From contig CAXXUO010000006.1 of NCBI GenBank assembly GCA_963666485.2, forward strand, positions 1 to 64,000: 64,000 nucleotides of DNA. Direction: 5' to 3'. The position numbers and the translations under genes were made by a program. This document shows positions 31,652 through 40,133 of this stretch, in pieces (the first letter of the stretch is position 1; each line of letters begins with the position of its first letter). Source of the DNA: Syntrophorhabdaceae bacterium (lineage in GTDB: Bacteria; Desulfobacterota; Syntrophorhabdia; Syntrophorhabdales; Syntrophorhabdaceae). The notes below the pieces were generated by a model. That model was not told the origin of the DNA, did no database searches, and saw only the letters and a list, made by a program, of their open reading frames with translations.

Positions 31652-32044
31652 ATGAGATCTTTTACGATGTCGAAGACGGTGATCAGGAACCTCCTTAAAG
31701 GGCCTGTCACGCTCATGCACCCGAAGAAGAAACGCACATTCACGCCCATCACGAAGGGAAGGGTCGAGAATGATATCAACCGGTGCATTTTCTGCGGATT
31801 GTGCTCCCGGCGCTGCCCTACCTACGCCATTATTGTCACAAAGGATGCGAAGCAATGGCAGATCGACCGTCTCAAATGCTGTACGTGCAACCTCTGCGTC
31901 GAGGTATGCCCCGTCAAGTGCCTGAGAATGGACAACCGGTATGCCGAACCGGTGGTCCAGAGAAGCGAGGCGATCTATGTGATAAACCCGGACAAGGAGC
32001 CCGCATCGTCGACGGTCAAGGGCACTGAAGGGGAGGGCACATGA
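31652..32044 (+). CDS. echF: Ech hydrogenase subunit F (NuoI-like, 2x[4Fe-4S])
   Basis: CIFCGLCSRRCP and CCTCNLCVEVCP motifs. Confidence 0.9.
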   Translation: MRSFTMSKTVIRNLLKGPVTLMHPKKKRTFTPITKGRVENDINRCIFCGLCSRRCPTYAIIVTKDAKQWQIDRLKCCTCNLCVEVCPVKCLRMDNRYAEPVVQRSEAIYVINPDKEPASSTVKGTEGEGT

Positions 32045-32197
32045 GCGTCCCGGCGCCTTCAGGGTGATGATCCCGCCGGCGAAGTATCCGGAGGCGCTGA
32101 AACGGCTAATCACAGGACAGGCAAGGATTGCGGGGAACCATAAAACATTGTATAAAGAAAACGTATGAGACTAAAAGGCACGAATGGAGAGACAACT

Positions 32198-33487
32198 ATG
32201 AAGAGATCGGTTTTTCGAATGGTCATTTCTACGCTGGTCTGCACAGCCCTTCTCGTTCTGAGCTTCGGGGGATGTGGGGAGAAGAAGGCGGAAACACCCC
32301 CGCCCGTTGAAGTAGTGGCAGTAATCCAACAGGATGTACCGATCTTCGCGGAGTGGGTCGCCACCCTTGACGGTATGGTGAACGCTACCATCCGGGCCCA
32401 GGTCCAGGGATACCTTATCAAGCAGAGTTATAAGGAAGGAGACGTGGTCAAGAAGGGCCAGGTCCTCTTCCAGATCGACCCGAGGACCTTCCAGGCGACC
32501 CAGGAGCAGGCGAAAGGCGAACTCGGACGGGCGGAGGCCCGCCTGACGCAGACCAAAGCCAATCTGACGCGGATACGGCCGCTCGCGGCCCAAAGGGCCG
32601 TCAGCCAGAAGGACCTTGACGATGCAATAGCCGCCGAACAGTCCGCCCAGGCAGCGGTCATGTCGGCGAAGGCGGTGTACGACAAGGCGTCCCTCGACCT
32701 CGGCTTCACGCGCATCACATCTCCCATCGACGGTATAGCCGGGATCGCCAAGGCCCAGATAGGAAACCTCGTCGGGCCGGGATCTATCGAGGAACTGACC
32801 ACGGTCTCCACCGTGAACCCCATTAAGGCGTATGCCGGTTTGAGCGAACAGGAATATCTGAAGGCACAGGAATCGAGGCAGCAGACGGGAAAGGTCCCCC
32901 TGCAGCTCATCCTCGCAGACGGGAGCGTTTTCCCCCACAAGGGGGAGTTTGCCTTCGCAGACAGGCAGGTGGACGTGCGGACCGGGACCATCAGGATTGC
33001 CGCGCTTTTCCCCAACCCGAACAATCTGCTTCGTCCCGGACAGTTCGCCCGCATCAAGGCGCAGATGGGTTTGAAGAAGAACGCCCTCCTCGTGCCTCAG
33101 AGGGCCGTTACCGAGGTCCAGGGGAAATTTCTGGTAGCGGTTGTCGGCACCGATAATAAAGTAGCGATAAAACAGGTCAAGGCTGCAGAGAGGTACGGAT
33201 CGTTATGGGTCATCGATGAAGGCCTGAAAGCCGGCGACAAGGTAGTGGCTGAGGGTGTTCAGAAGATCCGGGACGGTATGATCGTGAGCCCCAAACCCTA
33301 CCAGCCTGAAGCTGAAAAGAAACCCGGGAAGCCGGAGGAAGCGGCGGCAAAAACGGAACCTGCCGTAAAAAGCCCTCCTGTGGAAAAGGCACCGGCAAAG
33401 GCTGAAGGGGAGAAGGCCCCGGGAAAACCGGAGACCGCTCCGAAAAAAGCGGAACCGGCCGGTCAGCCCAAACCTGAAAAGAGGTAG
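32198..33487 (+). CDS. RND efflux periplasmic adaptor lipoprotein with K/P/E/A-rich tail
   Basis: Lipobox FGGC, IRAQVQGYL, LFQIDP, TRITSPIDG and LLRPGQF. Confidence 0.92.
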   Translation: MKRSVFRMVISTLVCTALLVLSFGGCGEKKAETPPPVEVVAVIQQDVPIFAEWVATLDGMVNATIRAQVQGYLIKQSYKEGDVVKKGQVLFQIDPRTFQATQEQAKGELGRAEARLTQTKANLTRIRPLAAQRAVSQKDLDDAIAAEQSAQAAVMSAKAVYDKASLDLGFTRITSPIDGIAGIAKAQIGNLVGPGSIEELTTVSTVNPIKAYAGLSEQEYLKAQESRQQTGKVPLQLILADGSVFPHKGEFAFADRQVDVRTGTIRIAALFPNPNNLLRPGQFARIKAQMGLKKNALLVPQRAVTEVQGKFLVAVVGTDNKVAIKQVKAAERYGSLWVIDEGLKAGDKVVAEGVQKIRDGMIVSPKPYQPEAEKKPGKPEEAAAKTEPAVKSPPVEKAPAKAEGEKAPGKPETAPKKAEPAGQPKPEKR

Positions 33488-33493
33488 GGCGCC

Positions 33494-36400
33494 ATGGCTA
33501 AATTCTTCATTAACAGACCAATCGTTGCTATCGTTCTCGCCATCGTCATGGTCATCGTCGGTGTCGTTGCCATGCTTGGCCTCCCCATAGCGCAATACCC
33601 GAACATCGTTCCCCCCGAGATATTCATAAATACATTCTACACGGGCGCCGATGCGCAGACGGTTGAGCAGTCCGTGGCGACGCCGATCGAACAGGAGATG
33701 AGCGGCGTCGACAACATGAACTACATGTACTCGCTCAACGCGAACAACGGCGAATTGAGGATGTACGTCAATTTCGACGTGAAGACGGACCCCAATATAG
33801 ACCAGGTGCTCTCGCAGATGCGCCAGAGCCAGGCGGCTTCGAAGCTCCCCAAAGAGGTGACCAACTACGGGGTCACCGTGAAAAAATCCACCGCCGCCCC
33901 TCTCATGCTGGTCTCCCTGTACTCGCCGAAAGGCACCTACGACGCCATTTTTCTGGCAAACTATGCCTACATCAACCTCAACGACCAGCTCACCCGTGTG
34001 GCCGGCATCGCGAGCGTCACGGTTTTCGGGGCGGGACAATACGCCATGCGCATCTGGGTCAAACCGGACCAGCTTGCGAAGATGAACATCACCGTGTCGG
34101 AGATCGTGAACGCGGTCCAGGACCAGAATACGGTGAACCCGGCGGGTCAGGTCGGTGCGGAGCCGGCGCCGGCGGGCCAGGAATACACGTATGCCATCAA
34201 GGCCCAGGGCCGGCTCGAGACACCGGAGCAATTCGGGCAGATCGTGGTGCGCGCAAATCCCGACGGTTCAATGGTGCGGCTCAAGGACGTAGGAAGGGTA
34301 GAACTCGGAGCGCAGAACTACTCGATGCTGGGAAGGCTCAACGGTAAGCCGTCAGCAGTTCTGGCACTCTACCAGTTGCCGGGAAGCAACGCGATCCAGT
34401 CAGCCGACGGCATCACCAAACTGATGGAGCAGGCGAAGAAATCTTTTCCTCCCGATCTCGACTATAAAATATCCCTCGATACGACCCTCTCGGTTCGCGA
34501 AGGTATTAAGGAGATCCTGAAAACACTCTACGAGGCCATGATCCTCGTCATTATCGTTGTTTTCATTTTCCTCCAGGGCTGGCGGGCAACCCTCATACCG
34601 GCGCTTGCAGTGCCGGTCTCCCTCATCGCCACCTTCGCCATGTTTCCCTTGCTCGGATTCAGCATCAACACTATCGCACTTATGGGAATGGTCCTTGCCA
34701 TCGGCCTCGTTGTCGATGATGCCATCGTCGTCGTCGAAGCGGTGGAACACCACATAGGACAGGGTCTGTCTCCCAAGGAGGCGACCAAGAAGGCCATGGA
34801 AGAGGTTTCCGGTCCCGTCGTCGCGATTGCCTGCGTCCTGTCGGCCGTCTTTCTGCCCACCATCTTCATCCCCGGCATTACGGGCCGTCTTTACCAGCAG
34901 TTTGCGGTCACCATCGCCATATCTGTCCTCATCTCCGCCTTCAATGCGCTGACACTGAGCCCGGCGCTCGCCAGTCTGCTCCTGAAACCGAAGAAAGAGA
35001 CACGGGGGATCCTGGGCAAATTCTACAAATGGTTCAACAGGATTTTTGGAAGGGCCACCGACGGCTATGTCAAGTGGAGCCGTCATTTCATCCGCAAGAT
35101 GGTCATGAGCCTCCTTTTTCTCGTTATAATTACAGCTGCCACGGGCTTTCTCGGCACGCGCCTGCCCGGAGGCTTCCTGCCTGAAGAGGACCAGGGCTAC
35201 ATTTACGCCGGCCTTCAGCTTCCCAATGCGGCATCCCTCCAGAGGACCGATGCCGCGACCAAAGAGGCCGAGAAAATAATCATGAACACGCCCGGCGTGC
35301 AATACTGCACGGCCATCGCCGGCTACAACATGTTAAGCGGCGTCACGAACACGTACAGCAGTTTCTTCTTTATCACCCTCAAGCCGTGGCACGAGCGCAA
35401 GAAGTCGGAGGAGAAGTACGCCGCCATAATGGCCAACCTCAACCGGGAGCTTTCGAAACTGCCCCAGGCGGTCGCGTTTGCATTTTCTCCCCCCGCGATC
35501 CAGGGCATCGGCACCTCGGGCGGTGTCACGATGCTCATCGAGGACCGGGCGGGAAAAGACATCGCTTTTCTCTGGGAGAACACACAGAAATTTATGGCCG
35601 AGGCAAAGAAGCGCCCCGAGCTTGCGCGCGTGACAACGACCTTCCTTCCGACCGTCCCCCAGATGTTCGTCGACGTCGACCGGGACAAGGTCTTGACGCA
35701 AGGGGTCGACCTCAGGGATGTCTATCAGTGCCTCCAGACGTTTATGGGGGGGTACTTTATCAATTACTTCAACCGTTTCGGCCGTCAATGGCAGGTCTAT
35801 CTCCAGGCCGAAGGCGACTACCGCACCGAGGCACAGCAGCTCGGCCAGTTCTACGTGCGCAACACGAAGGGCCAGAGCGTGCCTCTCGCGTCCGTGACGA
35901 AATTTGAGAACCGCGCCGGGCCGGACTTTACCATGCGTTACAACCTTTACAGGTCTGCGCAGGTCAACGTTACCCCGGCCCCGGGGGTCAGCTCCCAGCA
36001 GGCCATGAAGGCCCTCGAGGACATATTCAAAAAAACCATGCCGAGTGAAATGGGATATGACTATATGGGCATGAGCTTCCAGGAGAAGAAGGCCCAGGAA
36101 GGCGTGCCGATATCCGTCATTTTCGGCCTCTCACTCCTTTTCGTTTTCCTGATCCTCGCAGCACAGTACGAAAGCTGGTCGCTTCCCTTCGGCGTGCTTC
36201 TCGGGACGCCGATTGCCGTGTTCGGTGCCTTCGCGGCCATCCTGATCGGGAGGCTGGAATTCAACATCTATGCCCAGATCGGGCTCATCATGCTTATCGG
36301 GCTATCGGCAAAGAACGCGATCCTTATCGTCGAGTTCGCCAAGGTGGAGCATGAGAAGGGCAGGGACCTTATCGATGCGGCCCTTGAAGGTGCGCGCCTG

Positions 36401-36661
36401 CGCTTAAGGCCCATTCTCATGACCTCTTTTGCCTTCATCCTCGGATGTGTTCCCCTGGCGAAGGCCACGGGGTCGGGATCCATAGCGAGGCAGGTCATGG
36501 GCTTTGCCGTCATCGGCGGCATGCTCACGGCGACCTGTATCGCCATATTCATCATTCCCGTTACCTACTACTTCGTGGAAAAGCTGTTCCTGAAAAAAGG
36601 GCCAGCCGCCACCGCGCCGCCACCCGCAGGGCCTGAAGACGCAACGGGAGGTGCCTCATGA
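33494..36661 (+). CDS. RND (HAE1/AcrB family) efflux permease
   Basis: MAKFFINRPI, GLVVDDAIVVVE, AKNAILIVEFA and RLRPILMTS; 1055 aa. Confidence 0.96.
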   Translation: MAKFFINRPIVAIVLAIVMVIVGVVAMLGLPIAQYPNIVPPEIFINTFYTGADAQTVEQSVATPIEQEMSGVDNMNYMYSLNANNGELRMYVNFDVKTDPNIDQVLSQMRQSQAASKLPKEVTNYGVTVKKSTAAPLMLVSLYSPKGTYDAIFLANYAYINLNDQLTRVAGIASVTVFGAGQYAMRIWVKPDQLAKMNITVSEIVNAVQDQNTVNPAGQVGAEPAPAGQEYTYAIKAQGRLETPEQFGQIVVRANPDGSMVRLKDVGRVELGAQNYSMLGRLNGKPSAVLALYQLPGSNAIQSADGITKLMEQAKKSFPPDLDYKISLDTTLSVREGIKEILKTLYEAMILVIIVVFIFLQGWRATLIPALAVPVSLIATFAMFPLLGFSINTIALMGMVLAIGLVVDDAIVVVEAVEHHIGQGLSPKEATKKAMEEVSGPVVAIACVLSAVFLPTIFIPGITGRLYQQFAVTIAISVLISAFNALTLSPALASLLLKPKKETRGILGKFYKWFNRIFGRATDGYVKWSRHFIRKMVMSLLFLVIITAATGFLGTRLPGGFLPEEDQGYIYAGLQLPNAASLQRTDAATKEAEKIIMNTPGVQYCTAIAGYNMLSGVTNTYSSFFFITLKPWHERKKSEEKYAAIMANLNRELSKLPQAVAFAFSPPAIQGIGTSGGVTMLIEDRAGKDIAFLWENTQKFMAEAKKRPELARVTTTFLPTVPQMFVDVDRDKVLTQGVDLRDVYQCLQTFMGGYFINYFNRFGRQWQVYLQAEGDYRTEAQQLGQFYVRNTKGQSVPLASVTKFENRAGPDFTMRYNLYRSAQVNVTPAPGVSSQQAMKALEDIFKKTMPSEMGYDYMGMSFQEKKAQEGVPISVIFGLSLLFVFLILAAQYESWSLPFGVLLGTPIAVFGAFAAILIGRLEFNIYAQIGLIMLIGLSAKNAILIVEFAKVEHEKGRDLIDAALEGARLRLRPILMTSFAFILGCVPLAKATGSGSIARQVMGFAVIGGMLTATCIAIFIIPVTYYFVEKLFLKKGPAATAPPPAGPEDATGGAS

Positions 36662-38097
36662 GACCCCTGGTCATAGCGATCATATTCCTGTCGCTTCTTT
36701 CCTGTGCCATGGGGCCGGATTACAAGCGGCCGGCCATTGACACCCCCCAGGCGTGGCGTATAGAGGAAAAGGACGCCGCCGCCCTTGCGGACACGAAATG
36801 GTGGACGCAGTTCCGCGATCCCGTTCTCGAAGATCTCATCGAAACAGCCTTGAGAGCGAACTACGATCTCAGGATTGCCGCGGCCAGAATAGAAGAATAT
36901 GTCGGGTACTACTGGGTGGGCCGTTCCACCCTGTTCCCGCAGATATACGGATCCGGCAGCGGCGCCAGGCAGCGTGTGAGCGAACGGGGAGCAACAGTCC
37001 TGCCGGATACGACAAAGAACCCCTCGGACTTTTATCAGGCGGGCCTCAGCGGTTCCTGGGAACTTGATATCTGGGGCCGTCTGCGCCGCCTTACCGAAGC
37101 GGCCAGGGCGGACCTTATAAGCACGGAAGAGGGCAGGAGGTCGATAATCCTGACGCTCGTCACCTCCGTAGCAAACTCTTACGTAAACCTTCGCGACCTC
37201 GACAAACAGCTGGAGGTGACGGAACGCACTACCAGGAGCCGTGCAGAATCATACAGGCTTTTCCAGCTGCGTTTGGAGGGGGGAATAATCTCGGAGCTCG
37301 AACTCTCACAGGTCAAATCGGAGTATGAGCTTGCCCTGTCGCAGATCCCCCTCACCCAGAAGCAGATCACCTTTCAGGAGAATGCCCTGAGCATCCTCCT
37401 CGGAAAGAACCCCGGACCCATCGCCCGCGGCAAGACGATAGACGAACTCACCCTCCCGGCCGTTCCCGCCGGTCTGCCCTCGGACCTTCTCGAACGCCGT
37501 CCCGACATCCGCAAGGCCGAACAGGACCTCATTGCCGCCAATGCGCGCCTTGGTGCGGCAAAGGCGCTCTTTTTCCCCACCATTTCCCTCACCGGGCTTT
37601 TCGGGTGGTCGAGCACGGAACTGTCGTCCCTCTTCTCCGGGCCCTCCCAGATGTGGAGCTACGCGGGGAATTTCATCGGTCCGGTTTTTACGGGTGGTGC
37701 CATCACCGGCAATTACATGGCAGCGGAAGCACGGCAGCAGCAGGCCCTTATCCGGTATCAACAGGTCGTCCAGAACGCTTTCAGGGAAGTGGATGACGCA
37801 CTGGCCGACCAGAAGCGCACCCGGGAGCAGCTGGCCGCACAGAAGCAGCAGGTGGAGACTCTCAAGGACTATGCCCGTATCGCACGGCTGCGTTACGAGG
37901 AAGGGTACACGAGCTACATCGAGGTCCTTGATGCAGAGCGAAGCCTTTTTAACGCCGAGCTCAATTACGCCGCGACACAGGGGGTGCTCTTCCAGGCGCT
38001 GGTCAATCTCTATAAGTCAATGGGGGGAGGATGGGTTGCAGAAGCTGACAGGATGACCATCCCGGCGACAGGGGGTAAACCCGCCGAGAAGGATTGA
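36658..38097 (+). CDS. Outer membrane efflux lipoprotein (OprM/NodT family)
   Basis: Lipobox LLSC, GPDYKRP, WELDIWG, LLERRPDI and LYKSMGGGW. Confidence 0.95.
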   Translation: MRPLVIAIIFLSLLSCAMGPDYKRPAIDTPQAWRIEEKDAAALADTKWWTQFRDPVLEDLIETALRANYDLRIAAARIEEYVGYYWVGRSTLFPQIYGSGSGARQRVSERGATVLPDTTKNPSDFYQAGLSGSWELDIWGRLRRLTEAARADLISTEEGRRSIILTLVTSVANSYVNLRDLDKQLEVTERTTRSRAESYRLFQLRLEGGIISELELSQVKSEYELALSQIPLTQKQITFQENALSILLGKNPGPIARGKTIDELTLPAVPAGLPSDLLERRPDIRKAEQDLIAANARLGAAKALFFPTISLTGLFGWSSTELSSLFSGPSQMWSYAGNFIGPVFTGGAITGNYMAAEARQQQALIRYQQVVQNAFREVDDALADQKRTREQLAAQKQQVETLKDYARIARLRYEEGYTSYIEVLDAERSLFNAELNYAATQGVLFQALVNLYKSMGGGWVAEADRMTIPATGGKPAEKD

Positions 38098-38183
38098 CCG
38101 GAAAGTGCTGTGAGAGAATCGAGCTTTAAGGGATCAATATAACCGGGATTCAAAAATAGCAGTGGGACAATGAGGGAAGGCTT

Positions 38184-39263
38184 ATGAAAATAACGCTGAA
38201 GAAGGCTTCTATTTTGTTGATAGCCATGGCGATGCTGATGACAGGGTGTGCCGGGGTCGGGCCGGTCATCATAGGGCGTGACCGGTTGAATTACACGGCA
38301 GCGCTTTCTGAGTCCTGGAAAAGCGAGATGCTTCTCAATATGGTGAAGCTGCGATATGGCGATACTCCCGTCTTTCTCGATGTCGTGTCGGTCATTAATT
38401 CCTACGAGGTTTCCGGGGCCGCCAGCCTGGGAGGGACGTGGAAATTCAACCCCTCTTACGAGTCGGGGGCGAGTGCGGGAACATCCGGGTTCTACGCCGA
38501 CCGCCCGACCATCACGTATGCACCGCTCAGAGGCGAAAGGTTCTCGAGAAGCATGCTGACCCCGATCCCTCCCTCGTCGATCTTCTATTTCATTCAGTCC
38601 GGGTATAACGCCGCGGCGGTCTTCCGGGTCCTCGTCCAATCCATCAATGGCATTCGAAACAACCGTTCCCAGATAACCAGGAGTCTCCCGGCAGACCCGG
38701 ACTTTTACCGTCTCACCGAGAGGCTGGTGAGGGTCCAGGCCTCGGGGGCATATGAGATCCGTATCCGCAAGAATAGCGGCCAGGAGGCCCTCGCCGCGGT
38801 TTTCAGCCAGAAGGTCGACGAAAAGACCCAAAAAGATATCAGGGAGATTCGGGATATGCTGGGCCTCGACCATTCGGCTACTGAGTTCAAAGTGGTGTAC
38901 GGGGCGTTCGCCTCAGGAAACACGGAGATCGCTATCCTCAGCCGTTCGGTCCTGCAGGTGATCATCGGTCTGGCCTCTTACATTGAAGTCCCGGAAGCGC
39001 ACATTGCGGAAAAGCGCGCCTTGCCAGGCCCCGTTGCGGAAGAGGTGGACGGGACCCGGGTGCCCCCTCTCATCCGTATCAGGAGTTCCTCCGTTAGACC
39101 GGTTGATGCATTTGTCGCGATCCCCTATCGTGACCACTGGTTCTGGATCGACGACAAGGATGTGCAATCGAAGGGACTCTTCTCGTTCCTGGAATTCGTG
39201 CTGAACCTCGTCGACACGGGCATAAAAGAAGGGATGCCCGTTGTAACGATTCCCACGCGATAA
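38184..39263 (+). CDS. Uncharacterised lipoprotein
   Basis: Lipobox LMTGC; 359 aa ORF with RBS; no recognised catalytic motif. Confidence 0.75.
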   Translation: MKITLKKASILLIAMAMLMTGCAGVGPVIIGRDRLNYTAALSESWKSEMLLNMVKLRYGDTPVFLDVVSVINSYEVSGAASLGGTWKFNPSYESGASAGTSGFYADRPTITYAPLRGERFSRSMLTPIPPSSIFYFIQSGYNAAAVFRVLVQSINGIRNNRSQITRSLPADPDFYRLTERLVRVQASGAYEIRIRKNSGQEALAAVFSQKVDEKTQKDIREIRDMLGLDHSATEFKVVYGAFASGNTEIAILSRSVLQVIIGLASYIEVPEAHIAEKRALPGPVAEEVDGTRVPPLIRIRSSSVRPVDAFVAIPYRDHWFWIDDKDVQSKGLFSFLEFVLNLVDTGIKEGMPVVTIPTR

Positions 39264-39368
39264 ATGAAGGAGGCCATTCAGCAAGGTTTTGCGGCAAAGG
39301 AACCCTGCAGGGAACGAAAAATGTCTTACATTAGACCAGGGAGAGTTTCGAGAAAGGAGGAAAGGACT

Positions 39369-39752
39369 ATGAAGTACGTACTCATCTGTGTGTTATTGGC
39401 GGCGATGTTCGCCACGCCGGGCCTGGCCCGGGCGGTCACAGCCGAAGATTTTCAGGTAAGGACAACGAAGGACCTCATCGGCCTGTGCACGGTGTCCGCG
39501 AACGACCCCCTGGTAAAGGAATCGATCCACTTCTGCCACGGATTTCTTGTTGGAGCTTACAGCTACTACCTTGCCCAGGTTTCCGGCCCCGATGGGGACC
39601 GCCTGGTTTGTCTCCCGGACCCGTCCCCGACACGAAACGAGGCCGTTAGCATGTTTGTCGAATGGGTTAAGGCGCACCCCCAGTATTTGAATGAACGGCC
39701 GGTAGAAACTGAATTTCGCTTCCTCATGGAAAAATGGCCGTGCAAACCTTAA
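39369..39752 (+). CDS. Rap1a/Tai-like periplasmic protein
   Basis: Signal peptide; DLIGLC..FCHGFLVG..CLP..WVKAHP..WPCK four-Cys pattern. Confidence 0.7.
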   Translation: MKYVLICVLLAAMFATPGLARAVTAEDFQVRTTKDLIGLCTVSANDPLVKESIHFCHGFLVGAYSYYLAQVSGPDGDRLVCLPDPSPTRNEAVSMFVEWVKAHPQYLNERPVETEFRFLMEKWPCKP

Positions 39753-39778
39753 CCGACGGGAAAGACAAGGAGGACATC

Positions 39779-40051
39779 ATGGGTAAGATCGCTATAATAT
39801 CAATTTTTGTTGTCACCCTCGTTCTCGGCGGGTGCGCGGGCATGTCTGAGACCCAGCAGCGGACCGCCAGCGGAACGATCATTGGTGCTGCCGGAGGGAC
39901 GATTGTAGGGGCCATCGCGGGCAACGCCGGAATGGGAGCGGCCATTGGTGCCGCTGCAGGTGCCAGCGGGGGCTACCTCTATGGCAAACACAAGGAATCG
40001 GAAAAGGCTGCCTACGAAAAGGGGTACCAGGAAGGAAAACAGGGGAAATGA
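39779..40051 (+). CDS. Glycine-zipper lipoprotein
   Basis: Lipobox LGGC; GAAGG..GAIAG..GAAIGAAAG. Confidence 0.85.
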   Translation: MGKIAIISIFVVTLVLGGCAGMSETQQRTASGTIIGAAGGTIVGAIAGNAGMGAAIGAAAGASGGYLYGKHKESEKAAYEKGYQEGKQGK

Positions 40052-40133
40052 CCCTTTGCCGGATGACCGATCGTAAAAGAAGCCGGTGATCGCACGGAAA
40101 GCCGGGTAAACAAGAAGAGGACAGGAGGAACTC

